Of a stretch of 64,000 nucleotides of DNA, positions 13,410 through 26,457 are shown piece by piece. The notes under the pieces were generated by a model, which was given only the letters and a program-made list of their open reading frames with translations, was not told the origin of the DNA and did not search any database. Both the position numbers and the translations under genes were made by a program. Each line of letters begins with the position of its first letter. Positions within the stretch are counted from its first letter, which is position 1. Origin of the DNA: Rotaria socialis (lineage: Eukaryota); the NCBI GenBank assembly GCA_905331295.1, contig CAJNYD010000322.1:124001-188000 (forward strand). The letters run 5' to 3'.

Positions 13410-16400
13410 CATAATAATAATTATGATGCTGCACGTTCTTCATCGTCATCGTCTCCACTAACTCATCGACATTCGATAAAAAATGTTATTTGTCCAACAA
13501 AAACAACTCCAAACGCAGCCACATCAATTATAGACGAAGATGCACATGAAGTTGACTCCATCATTAAACAGTATCAACGAATTCTTACAAATAATAAAAA
13601 TGAAAATAATAGTATAATAACACCCACTTTAAAAACACCCACAACTCCAACTATAGCACCTAAATGGACTTCATCAAGACAATCGTCGCGTATGGCATCA
13701 CCAGCTCTATCGACTAGTTCACAGTCTTCCGGACGAGTTATTACATTTCTAAACCATGAAGTCATACAATTACCTGTGTATCTTGAACGTGAGATACGTG
13801 TTAAACAGAATTTTGATCAACTTGGTAATTTATAAATAAAAAAATTCATTATATATATATATATATATATATATGTCAGAAAAATAAACAATCTTTTCTT
13901 TTTTTGTTTAGGTTTAGTTGTTGATGCATACGTTGATGAAGGTGTTAATGGATGTTTTATACGTTCTATAACACCAACACCAACTCTTTCTAATCAACAT
14001 GGTTTAAGACTAGGTGATTATATCTTATCAATTAATAATGAAAATATGAAAAAGATTAGCAATGCACAAGCGCGTTCAATTATACGGCGTGCCTCACTCA
14101 TTGGGTCAGATATCAGGTATATATTCAAATAAATAAACTATTTTTTTCCATCGTTTCATATAATTTGTTTTCTTATGTTATGTCATCTTGTTCTAGTGTC
14201 GTTTTCATTCCTGGAGATGAAGCTAAACAATTTATAAGTCATACACTCGACCCACAAACAGCATCATCACCCGTGCCACCCGAGTAAAAAAATTAATAAA
14301 GCGAATTACAAACAACTTTTTTTCTTCAAATGTTTATTTATAGAATAACTTGTTCTAATGTAGAACCTTCTTTAACTAAACCTGTAATAACAACAACACC
14401 CACAACAACAACAACAACAGCAACAACAGCGACGACGACGACAGCAACCACGGAACATGGTGATTCATATGTATTTGACTCTCATCCTAATCAACAAACA
14501 TATACAACAATTATTGATAGTGAAACATTAAGTGCAACATTGTGGGGACCGCCAAGAACAGTCACACTTCATCGTAGTGAACATGTTAAGAGTTTAGGAA
14601 TAAGTATTGTTGGTGGTAAATTAGATTTTTCCGGTCCAGGAAATACAATTGAATCATGCATATCGGGTATATTTATAAAACATGTTTTACCTGATTCCCC
14701 AGCTGGACGTGATGGTACATTGAAAACGGGTGATCGTATACTCGATGTAAATGGATATGATCTACGTGATGCATCACATGATCGTGCCGTTGAGATAATT
14801 CGTGCTGCTCAATCACCTGTTCATTTCATAGTACAAAGTTTACTTGATCCAGCAAATCCTACGTCATCAACAATTGATTATTCATCTATAAATGTTTCTC
14901 ACATTCCAACTAATTCTCTATCGCAAAATAAAAGTTTAACTACTAACCAAAATCTTTTAATAAATGAACGCAAAACTGATGAATTCAGTAAACAATATGG
15001 ACATTTAAATGGTGATTTATTTTTTATTGATATCAAAAGAAATATAACCGAAATTAATGAACCACTTGGACTTTCTCTGATTGGACATCGGGATTCAAAC
15101 AAATTAGCTGTTTTTGTTTGTGATATTCAATCTGGTTCGTTACTTGATCGTGACAATCGCATACGTCCAGGCGATCAATTACTTGAAGTAAAAAAAGAAT
15201 GTTCTTTGGTGATTTTATTCTGTTCTGATAAAAGAAGAAAAAAAGAAATAAGAAAGTTTCCGCTTTCTAATTGAGAGATTTAATGCGTGACTATAATCGC
15301 GTTCGGGAAAAAAGAAACTCGCTTTGTGAATTTCCTGTTCACTATGCGTGATATTTTTACAAAAAAAGACGACAACGACAAAGGCGAAGAAAACACAGCG
15401 AAAAAAATCCAGTAAAAGAAGGAAAAAATGGAGAAAACAAGAAATTCTCCTTTCTTCAGCATTCATGTTGTCAGACCAACAAAACACTCTGCTATATAAT
15501 CTATCGAAATACTTGCGTGACTCGCCATTTTTCATATATCTCGTAGAATAATTTATATTCATATATGGTGAAGAAAAAAAGCAGCAGTGCTTTTTGACAT
15601 GCTCATATTGTTTAAATAATGATATTTTAATATTAGCAGTGACTTTTTCTTCTTTTTCTATCTTTAAGAAAACATTACGAAAACAAACGATTCATTCGCT
15701 CTTTTTTTCTTACAGGTTAATGGTGAAATTCTTTTGGGTAAGGCACATTCAGCAGTGACACCAATTATTAAGTCGATTAAAGCTGATACATTAAATTTCG
15801 TCGTACTTCGGTAAGAAGAAAAAATGTTTACGTTTTCTTTTACTTAAATTCTCAATTAGAAATCCCGATTCAATCAATGATATGGCTTTTAGCAATCAAC
15901 ATGCTGCAGCACGTATACGAGTATGCCGAATATATGATTGATTAACAATATTGGTGTATTCTGTTTTTATTTTCTGAATTAAGGTATCAACGATGGCATC
16001 GACTGGTGTTCAAATCTGTTCAACATCTCTCAAATCACCACAAAAGCAAATATCATCATTATCATCATCGTTAGAACCCACACCAGAACAACAGACGACA
16101 AATGATGTCAGCCATCATGCCCATGTCCCCAGGCACCAAACGGATGCCTATGAATGTAAGGCAAAAATTATGATAGAAGAGCATCGACATCAGTTTTTTT
16201 TCGTTTTACTACAGATACAAATGACGAGATTGAAAATATAAAAAATAAGAATAGTAGAACATGTTCTATACCACAAACAACAACAACAACAACAAAAGAT
16301 GAAAAATTATCAGTTGATGAAGAAATGCTAAAATCATCGTCGTCGTTGTCGTCTAATCGAATAATAACAACTACTGACGTTCAAAGCGACAACAATGAAG

Positions 16401-18589
16401 TTTCATCATTCAATCATAATATTAGTAGTAATGCCACGACCACGATGTTACATTCTATTTCTTCCGATATAAGTTCTCCTACTCGTCGTTTCATTCCATC
16501 TTCATTCGATCAACAATCGTCTGCATATGAAAATGACGAATCAATGTCGACACTACTGCCATCAATGACAACAACTTCATCTTCTGTGTTAATGCATGAG
16601 CAAGCAAATCTTGAAGATGATAAATATTTAGAAAATAAAATTCAATCGTACAAAGATATTTCCATTGATAATCAACAAACCAGAGCCTCTACCACAGGCA
16701 ATGCTTCAGAGAAAAATCAAAGTTTGTGTTTGTTTTTAAATATAAAGAGATAGAAAACGAGAATGATTTATTTCTTAGATGAAGTATCACCCAAAAATTC
16801 TTTTTCAGTTCCGCAATCAAACGAATTAGAAAGCCAGAAAAATAACATATCGCCTTTAGATGTCAATATATCATCACCTAATAAACAAAATAAAGATGAT
16901 AATTCACCAGAAATACTAGCATTACCCATAAAAACAACAGCGAACGGTGCTGTTACATCGCCTATTTCTATCATGTCGTCATCTTCGAGTTCTTCATCAT
17001 CACTTTCAGTTTCAACACCATCATCAACTGAGCATACAACTCGAAAATCAATAGCATCTTCATCAGTACAAGTACCTCGACGTTCCTCAATGTCAGTACA
17101 AGGTACATCAATCACACTTATATTAAATAAGGTAGGTTTTGTTTTTTCTTTCGAATTCAATTTTCGATTTTTATTTGTCTATTTCAATGCTTAGGATCAG
17201 AAAGGTTCGTTTGGTTTAACGTTAACTCAACATGATGATGCAATATGGGTGCAAAGTGTTCAACCCCATGGAGCTGCTGATCAAGTATATATAAATAAAT
17301 ATATTTGTCTAAAGACAAAATTTACATGAAAATTTTATTTATTCACTTTTTTCCAGCAAGATATTCGAGCCGGTGACCAATTAGTTCAAATAAATGGAAC
17401 ACCAGTTGAAGTATTAAAATTCAATGATATACAGGATATGTTAGAACATGCAAATAGTAACCAAATACATTTAACATGTTTACCATATCGAGAACCTCAA
17501 ACTCAACCAGTTGTTGTTAGTATAAATCAAGCCGAAAGTCTACCAACATTAATTCCAAGTAAAAAAAAACAACAGTTCCCTAGATAGACTTTTATACTGA
17601 GAATGTTTCTTTTTATTAGATGATATGGATACTATATCAGAAGATGATCCGCGTGTACGATCTATACTTGTGGGACAAGAGACATTAGTTGAAATTGACC
17701 GCGGTCATTCTGGACTTGGTCTTTCAGTTGTTGGTGGATCAGATACACAATTGGTAAAAATATTTCCAATAGAATGAAAATAAATTTTGTTTAAATTTTT
17801 AGTCAGCAATTATTATTCATGATATTTATGAAGGTTGTGCTGTACAACGGGATGGCCGATTACTTGTTGGTGATCAAATACTCGAAGTTAATTCCATTGA
17901 TTTGCGTTCAGCAACACACGAAGAAGCTATTGAAGCATTACGACAAGCAACAACTGTTGTTCGTATACTTGTTTTACGAGGAAAAGCTCTAGATGAAATG
18001 ACGAATGAACAAGATAAATTTGACATCATAACAATTGATCTAATTAAAAAATCTGGGAAAGGACTTGGTATAAATTAAAATAAAAACGATTGTTTTCATT
18101 ATTTTTAAATCTGTTTCTTTCTATTTTCTTTAGGATTCAGCATTATTGGACGACGACATGGTTATGGTGTATTTATTTCGCATATTGTAAATATAAAGAT
18201 TTTTATCAAAAATAATATTTTTTTTGTTTTTTTTAACTAGCTCGAAGGTGGATGTGCAGAAAAAGATGGTCGACTAATGTCTGGTGATTTAATTCTTGAA
18301 GTAAATGGACAAGATTTAAGAACTGCAGCCTATGAACATGTTGCCTATACACTCAAAGTAAAGATTTTATTTATGAAAAGATATTTTTGTTTTAAATAAT
18401 TGATCTTCTTTTGTGCTACTATTCTAGACACTTCCACATGGACGAGTCAATATAAAAATTGGACGTCTTAAACCAAGTGTTCGCGTACAAAATCGACCAA
18501 ATTCAGTACCCAATGAACGTAAAAATCGATCACGTTCATCATCATCAAATTTTCGACGTTCATCAGCAACTAAAATAAATGATAGATGA
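2530..18589 (+). CDS. MPDZ: Multi-PDZ scaffold (MPDZ/MUPP1-PATJ family): N-terminal L27 domain plus 11 PDZ domains, many exons
   Basis: ATG 2530 (MAQLC) splices to the L27-like [44 protein letters not shown] loops read across exons: [103 protein letters not shown]. Stop TGA 18587-18589. Orthology (MPDZ vs PATJ) cannot be resolved by eye. Confidence 0.9.
13368..13420 (+). repeat. Coding (AAT)n microsatellite (poly-Asn) in MPDZ; a second one lies at about 10600-10637
   Basis: Direct reading of tandem aat units in frame. Confidence 0.9.
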
Positions 18590-19592
18590 TAATTTAGAGT
18601 CATACTATTCATTTATATGGCCATATACGAACCATCGTCTAGTCGTCGAAATTTCGTGGATAAGTAATTAAGATCTGACATAGCCAAAAATAGAAAAAAA
18701 AAGAAGACCACTTGTTCTCTTTTCTGTTTTTTTCTTCTGTGTTGTACATTTTTTTTTCAATCTAATTCTAATATATAGAAGTTATTCTCTCTTATTCATA
18801 TAAATATATATTTATTTCTATATGAAAAAACTTTGTTTTCTTTCTTTCTTTCTTTTTTGCCACAATAAAAAAAAGTGTAATATTAATTTTTTTCATGAAG
18901 GAAAAAGCGAAAGGCCAATCACTTAGCAAAGTTTATATCTATGCTTTCAGCTCTTTTTCCTCTGTCTGTTATTTTTATGAACTCTTATGTTAAAGAGTGA
19001 ATCGTTTTCTTTTTTCGTCATATTCATTTGTGTACGCACGATATTCACTTGTCTATTATGTTGTTGTTTATTCAAGAAATTTTCTTGTGCGAATCACAAA
19101 CACTTAACGCTTGCCGGTCGATTTCTGTTACTCTCTTCTAAGATCTATATTTCTTGTCTTATTGCTACAAATGTTGTTTTTTGTGAGGATATTTGTCAGG
19201 TTCCGGTTGTTCTTTTTTTTGTACGTTTTTTTTTCTGTAATATGGGTCGGTAATGAAGAGATAGAACGGCAAAAATAAAAGAAGGCAGAGAATATATAAT
19301 TGTTAGTTACTTGATTAAATCAATTAGGAAAAAATAATGCACATTAAGAATCACATTATTTTATATTTTGACAAAAATCGATGAACAAATACTGTGGCAA
19401 GATGATTATTTCCTACGAAAATGAAGTGTGTTGTGGGTCGAGACTTTATATATTTATATATAAAGTTAGAGTAAATCTGTTTTCTCAATAGACTAATTCT
19501 GGTTGTTTCTTCCTGTTTAACAACTTCTATTTGTATTAAAAAATAAGGTTTTATGCATTAGTTATAATTTATCGTAGTAGTATCATTAAAGG

Positions 19593-19598
<6 letters not shown>

Positions 19599-19628
<30 letters not shown>
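19599..19628. repeat. (GA)n microsatellite; others at about 6872-6892 (GA), 4918-4936 and 13850-13874 (TA), 13194-13223 (CTT), 3980-4023 (CAT)
   Basis: Direct reading. Confidence 0.9.
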
Positions 19629-19632
<4 letters not shown>

Positions 19633-19982
19633 AAAACGAAGTATCCCAAATAGAAAATAGAAAACTTGATATCTATTTGCAACAGAACAAATATTCTAAT
19701 TATATATATATAGGCAATCGGAATAGAAGTTATATTATTCGTTAAAGATAGTTATTTTCTTTTTCAAGGAAGTTCAATAAGATTATTTTCCTGTTTCCAT
19801 AACGTATGCTGTCATCAACTATTATTAGAATCGGTGTCATTTAATCGTGATAAGCTTCTTTTGCAAATATTATAATGACACGAAATAATTAGATTTCGAA
19901 CTAGTGACATAATTTCTTCAACAACACAACAACAACAACAAATATTAAGAAACTCACGTATTTTTTGTTGTTGTTGGAGGAT

Positions 19983-20187
19983 TAGGGATGTGCCAATACC
20001 AGTATTACTGGTTGTATGGGTACCAGTATTTCTAGTTTGCCAGAGTCATCGGTGTCAACACATACCAGTATTGGAGGTGTTAGTTAGTGGAACTCTCAAT
20101 ACTGGTATGTGTTGACACCGATGACTCTGGCAAACTAGAAATACTGGTACCCACACCCTCAGTAATACTGGTACTGGTGCATCCTTC
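19983..20187. mobile_element. About 205-bp fold-back MITE, hAT-like termini
   Basis: Arms of about 90 bp are near-perfect reverse complements (taccagtatttctagtttgccagagtcatcggtgtcaacacataccagtattg / caatactggtatgtgttgacaccgatgactctggcaaactagaaatactggta). Ends are tagggatg..catccttc; the TSD is only degenerate. Confidence 0.8.
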
Positions 20188-20577
20188 AGAAGAATGCTAT
20201 ATTACTATCAGTATTTATTATTTTTTACCTAATGATAGGTAACAAGTATGATTACTCCGATTAATTGTTATTTTCGTCACAACTTGATCTTTTTCCAATG
20301 ATTTTAGTAACTAATGCTTTTATGTCTTCGCTTATAAGAGAAATATCAATTAGTTATTTTTTATTTTATTGGTAGTTATTTTCATTGCTTGTAACCTTTT
20401 TTGCATAACTGATGATCACTAATAATTAATATCATTTTAGAATGTGATAAAAACAATTAATAACAAAGTCAGGCATGATAACGAATGATAAATTATTACA
20501 CTAATGAAGTGATAGCAAATCAAGAGATCCAATATTACGCATATGAATAAGACTGACAATATACTGATGCAATAATA

Positions 20578-21052
20578 CTCATGTAGCCGATAATGTTAAA
20601 TAATGAACATTATTTTCCATTATTTTCGTAGATAATGTACATAATGTAATTATAATACAACCTATTTCATGCATTGTAGTGCATTCTCTTCAAAATAATG
20701 ATACAGTTTTCTAATAATCCATTGTTTTTTTAATGAATTATTTGAAATTTCACCATTATTTCCCGACAATGCATTATAAGGCATTACAATTTTGAAGTAC
20801 AATGGAATAAAATGTATTGAACACGTAAAAATTTTTAATTAATTTAGTTCCATTGTTTTTTTTAATTTTAATGCGTTGTAATATATTGTAGGGAAATAAT
20901 GGTGAAATTTCAAATAATTCATTAAAATAACAATGGATTATTAGAAAATTTTATCATTATTTGAAGATAATGCATTATAATTACATTATGTACATTATTT
21001 ACGAAAGTAATGGAAAATAATGTCCATCATTTTACAACATCGGCTACATGGG
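20578..21052. mobile_element. 475-bp fold-back MITE with long TIRs and TA flanks
   Basis: ta|ctcatgtagccgat ... atcggctacatggg|ta; arms of about 160-190 bp are reverse complementary (aatgaattatttgaaatttcaccattatttccc / gggaaataatggtgaaatttcaaataattcatt). Confidence 0.85.
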
Positions 21053-22568
21053 TAGTGTTTATTATTCGAGATTTCTTCTGAAGATTTTTCGAGAAACACG
21101 ATTTTCATGAAAGGGCAAAGTAACACAGAATCATTTCGAATAATATCTAGGTGTATGATCTCGTTTTTCTTGTTATAAAAGTATAAAGACTAGGTCTGCT
21201 GCATAATTGCCACAAACAAAAAATTGATGTAATAGAAAATTTTACTTCTTTTCAAAATATAATATTATTCAAATATATTTATATATGTTCTTTTTTCATA
21301 TTAAAATACGAAAAAACTGTAATTTGTATTGTGAATAAGAGAGAGTGCTCCTTGGGGTATTGATTCCATCCACAATCATGATTATTTTCATACACGCATA
21401 CACTCCATATTAGAGCCCTGCAGAGTCGAACTTGTTGAATCGGAAATCAGATTACAATGCCAGAGCAATGCTTTGTTTGGCTGCTACTTCAGTTCTAAGA
21501 AAATGTTCAAATCTTATTTTAGTCAAAGCATTATATCTTTTGGTACTAATCCCAAATAAAAGTGTCTCACTATTACTTTATTTACCTTGAAATAAATTTA
21601 TACATCTGTAAATTTAACCAAGGAACAATGAAGTTATTAATATGTAGAAATAAAATTTGCGCGCCTATTACAGATATAATTTCGACATTGACTCCAAGAA
21701 AAAATTGGTTTTGATAATTCTAATTCTGACTGTGCTACAGTTCATCAATCTAATATCTATCTATCTACTCTGATCTCTGTTCATACTCTAATCAATGATT
21801 AGAAGTACTCAAACCATCTTATTTATATATTATTTATCACTTATTATTATCATCTTGGTTATTACTTTTCAGAACTATTACGAGAAATCCATATTCCTAA
21901 TATGATACTTCTATAAGTATATTAAAATGGCGGCTACTGTTGAATAGCATATTCTTTTTAAAAGTTAGACACTATCTCGATATATTGCCTTAGCCAAATG
22001 ATTCAACATAAATCATTATTCGATTATCTCACTTAAACATATAAGTGTTAGTTTTTAACAAATCGAATTCATCTATTGCAATTTTATAAAAATAATCTAT
22101 TTGAGCGAAATGTGTTTTTTCTTCTTCTCAACTAACATCGAATTTGTTCGTATTATGTAGCATCCATCAAATGCTAATTAAATATGAACTTTTCAATGAA
22201 TCATCATAAATGTTGTGGACGTCTAACGACTGATTTTTGAATGATTGATTTTATCTGAAATGTATTATAGAGCTGTTCTGACATTTTCTGTCCACGAAGA
22301 TTCTCTTAATTGAATCAATAGAATAATGTTATTACAATTTTATTTTTGTCGAAAAATTCATAACAAAAAATTGAAATATTGTTTATCAACTGTTTCAAAA
22401 AACGAAGTAAAGTAGTAAGATAATTACTTTTAATCGTTTTTTCTTTTTTTTCGTTCTTTTTCTGACTGATAAGACAGACAGTGTTTCGTGTGTGTAATAC
22501 TTCAAGATAAAATAATCTTCTGATAAAATAAGAAAAAATAAAACTAAGATTCAAACACAAAAAGAAGA

Positions 22569-23667
22569 ATGGCAACATCATATAGAGGAAATATATCAAG
22601 TGGTATCGATCCAGTCGATAATTATTTATCATTAAGTACATTAAGAACAATTGAGCAACTTGATCAAGAAACAAAGGCAAACGAAGATTGCTGTGATAAT
22701 ATTTGTTGTTCGTGTTTTAACTATTGGTGGAATATAAAGTTCAATCATCAACGTGCCATTATTCATGTTGTCGAAAAGACAATATTTCACATAGCAGTTG
22801 TAGTTCTTGTACTTATCGATTGTGTACTTGTTGTGAGTGAATTACTACTCGATTTTATTTATTTAAGTCAAAAATGTGATAGTAAAGCAAAAAATACATC
22901 ACATCATGAAGAAGTAGAAAATCCAAAATTAGAATTAGCTATTGAATTATTACATTATGCATCAATTATTTTATTAGCTATATTCGTTCTTGAAGTCATT
23001 GTCAAAATATATGCGTTTGGAAAAAAATGGTGGAATTTTCGAGAAAAAAAAATGGAATGGCTAGATGCAGCTATTGTTATTGTTTCGTTTGTTGTTGATA
23101 TTTATTTTTTACAAAAACCGAATGTTATAGCAGAAATTTCTTTATTATTTATATCATTTCGTTTGTGGCGTATTGTGAGTATTTATTAATTAATATTAAC
23201 TTCAACGAAGACATTATTTTTTGGTTTTTCTGTTTAACTTTAGATTCGAATCATCAATAGTAAGTCTTTATTACAGTCTTATTGTTTTTTTTTATAGAAT
23301 TTATTATTTTTTTACAATAAAAGGTGTGGCACAATCGATACGAGCAAAAGGTGAAACAGCGAAAAAGAATTTAGCTGATACATATTTACAAATTATTGAA
23401 TTACTGTTAAGTGTTTCAAGTAAAAAAACTGACGTCACTGCTGAACTTCGAAATGACCTAACACGAGAAAATTTCGAGAAAATTATAGAAAAATTTACTA
23501 CAATCGATCAATCATGTCGTTCAATGTTAGTGCAATGTCAAAAACCATCATCAAGGGATGCTGTTACGGATATAGCACAAAATCTACAAGAAACTCTTGA
23601 ACAAATACGTTCAACATCATCCATATTAGATATAAAAAATAAAACTAATCAATATAAATGGAAATAG
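22569..23667 (+). CDS. HVCN1: Voltage-gated proton channel Hv1 (exons 22569-23174, 23244-23259, 23324-23667)
   Basis: S1 VLIDCVLVVSELLLD carries the selectivity Asp; S2 FVLEVIVKIYA; S3 EWLDAAIVIVSFVVD; spliced S4 FRLWRIIRIINSV matches the Hv RxWRxxR signature. Helical C-terminal tail and no pore domain. Confidence 0.88.
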
Positions 23668-23849
23668 TATTAGTCTTTAGATTTTTTTGTGTGATTATTT
23701 ATTTTATATCATTTTGGAATTCTTCTTATCTTTATGGTGATTAATATATGTTAATAAAACTGTTTTATTTTGCTTCATATTAATCAAATGAACAGTTTGT
23801 AACACGGCAAGAAAACATACTATGTTTCTTTGCATTGACTATTGAATAT

Positions 23850-24109
23850 TAGGGGTATGCCAGTTCACTTTTAGTTCCTATCAAAAGAACTGTTCAGACA
23901 GTTCCTTAGATCTGATTCCACAAGAGACGTCTATATCGATATAGACATCATCCCAGTGTAGATCCTAACAGTTCTTAGATCTGGTATGATCTGCCCGAAC
24001 AGTTCTAAGGATCTGAACTGATCTGCTCAAACAGTTCAGATCAAATCAAAAGAACTGGTCGAACAGATCTTTAGATCTGAACTTAGATCTGCGAACTGTT
24101 ACACTCCTA
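23850..24109. mobile_element. hAT-type MITE, 260 bp
   Basis: Perfect 8-bp TSD ttgaatat (23842-23849, 24110-24117); imperfect TIR taggggtatgccagttc / gaactgttacactccta; internal agatct and cagttc/gaactg motifs. Confidence 0.85.
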
Positions 24110-24930
24110 TTGAATATTCACATTGTAAGTAATTCAATACGAATACTATAGTTTTATTCAATCGAATTGTTTTAGTTGAGCATCGTTTAGATTTCGAAAG
24201 AATTAAAAAAATGTGTCTTGAACTTCGAATTACACGAGTTGTAATCAATTTTTGATGCAGAAAATACATTCAAGCTGTTGATTGTCAATAATGCGCTCAT
24301 TAGAATCCTCGTCACTTTTCTCGTAGAACGGAATCGGAAATTCGTTTGTAATCATTAGTGTCTAAATTTAGTCTTGGCAAACACAATAATATTTAATTGA
24401 CGTCAAACAATAGAAGATATCAATAGTTAGTTTCACTAATTATAAGTTAATAATAGAAACATCAAATTCATCGATCCTAACAGATACATAAGCAGTTCCG
24501 CTGCCTAGATTTGGTAAAGTATTTAAATTTTACTATAATAGAATATTTGATTTTGAAATCAATATATACTTTATTGTGTCTTGTTAATACATGATCTATT
24601 AGTAATAATATGTTGATTTCGTGAACTTCTCATTCATTTTAAAAACTAATCATTATTGTTCTAATATTATATTTTCCCTAAACTACTAATCCAAAGCCTG
24701 TTATTTCAAAACCTTTTTCTACAAAAATAATTCAAGTTTAAGTTAAATCTCAATCGAATATTAGCCTAAATTAATGGAAAACAGGAATATTAATCTTTGG
24801 CTGGATGTTTCATAGCTTTTGAAGAAAGATAACGGTTTCTGTATTGAATTATAGAAACTGTTTAACAAAAAACTTGAAAATCTATTAACAGAAAAAAATT
24901 CATTGATTATTGAAGAAATCTTATTAAACG

Positions 24931-25064
24931 CCCATGTAATAAAAACCGCATGAAAACCGCCGGTTAACCGCGGTTTTACCGGTCCGGTTACCGGCTCCCA
25001 TTACCGCAGAACGGATAAATACCGTGGTTTACCGCAAAAATTGATCCGGTATTCGCAACATGGG
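24931..25064. mobile_element. Small MITE, CCC..GGG termini with 2-bp CG flanks
   Basis: cg|cccatgt ... acatggg|cg; GC-rich interior of accgc/accgg/cggt motifs within AT-rich DNA. Confidence 0.65.
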
Positions 25065-25739
25065 CGAGATCTACATACTTGCGTGACAATCTGCTGTATG
25101 AATCCATCGCCATGCTATATTTATTGTCTTAGTGTTGTGGAAAATTTGATGAAATGATAAGAAAAAATACTTTTCCGACAAAATGAGAGTATTTAAAGCG
25201 AAAACGTATCGAACCGAGCGTGTTTATTTGGTACAGTTGCATTATAAATTAGAGTTGATTCATAAAAAAAACCATGATTAAAAACAAAAACACTCATTTC
25301 ACTCATTTCTCTGATTGATTGACAAGTTTTCTACATTAGTCAGCAATAGACAAAAAAAATCGATCGGTGAGATAAATGCTCATTTCAAGCGGAAAAGTGT
25401 CGTTCAGGTCAAAAATGAATTCTTTTCCCGTTCTGTTTATAACAGAAGACAAACTATATAGCTAAGTACACGTCAGCGTGTATATGTATACGGTATAGCT
25501 ACTAAATTGATATCGAATACTTTTGTCGTCAATGTTCAGAAAAGATATCTGTGCATATACAACATATTCCATGCTATACAGAACTTTACAAACACCAAAT
25601 ATGAGTAGTTATCATTTTCATTTCCATTCTTCACATTCCTTCTTTCCCAACGATTCATTGAAAACAAACTTCTTACCAGCTCTTTGACATTCGTCACGCA
25701 TCACCACAAAACTATGACAGCTTTTGCTTATATCGTAAA

Positions 25740-26122
25740 CAGGGTTGCCACCTCTTCCGCTTTTTCAATTTTTTTCCGCTATTTTTCCGCTGTTCCGCTT
25801 TTTCCGCTTTTTCGTATAAAACGTGTTGCATATCAAACCTACGTACAGAATAATATTTGATATTATTGAATCAATTCTTATTGTTCACAAATACCGTGAG
25901 CCATCATTCTTTTATGTTTTGAAACTTTGATGAAATAAAAAGAAATTCAATAAATATGAAAAAAAATGCCTAATATTCTCAGAACCACCACAAATCTGCA
26001 ACAATATAAGCTTCCGCTTTTTTTCCCGCCTTTTTTCCCGCTTTTTCTGTTTTTCTTTCCGCTATTTTCCGCTTTTTAAGATCAGTTTTCCGCTTTTTGT
26101 ACTTCATCAGGTGGCAACCCTG
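25740..26122. mobile_element. hAT-type MITE, 383 bp
   Basis: Perfect 14-bp TIR cagggttgccacct / aggtggcaaccctg; perfect 8-bp TSD atcgtaaa; subterminal ttccgc repeats at both ends. Confidence 0.92.
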
Positions 26123-26167
26123 ATCGTAAATGATTTTCGGCATCCCATCTTCATGCAAATTTACTTA

Positions 26168-26457
26168 CTCAGGTCTAACACTACGGTCCGTATACTGTCG
26201 TTTACGGTTACTTTACGACTATTTTACGGACGAAATTTTGCCTTAATATCTGGCGCAGTAATACGGACCGTATGATCATGAGAGTGCGGAGCGCAAACAG
26301 CCGTAAACCATGAAAATTCAATCTCGTTTACGGTGCCGTATTACTGTGCCAGGTATTACAGGCAAATACGGCCTATTCACTGCCGTAAATAAACCGTTTT
26401 GACATTGTTTACCGTCGATAAACAGACAGCAAACGAGTCCGTTTTGATCAACTTGGG
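26168..26457. mobile_element. Degenerate MITE with TA flanks and tacgg/ccgta motif arrays
   Basis: ta|ctcaggt..acggtccgt ... acgagtccgt..acttggg|ta; repeated tacgg in the left half and ccgta in the right half. Confidence 0.55.

Noticed and set aside
5514..17160. Antisense ORFs over MPDZ exons (e.g. 5514-5825, 7996-8199, 16768-17160)
   Set aside because: They are shadows of low-complexity Ser/Thr coding sequence with no recognisable motifs.
23850..26457. CRISPR-like array suggested by short repeated motifs
   Set aside because: No constant repeat-spacer period and no cas genes; the motifs are bounded by TIRs and TSDs in eukaryotic DNA.
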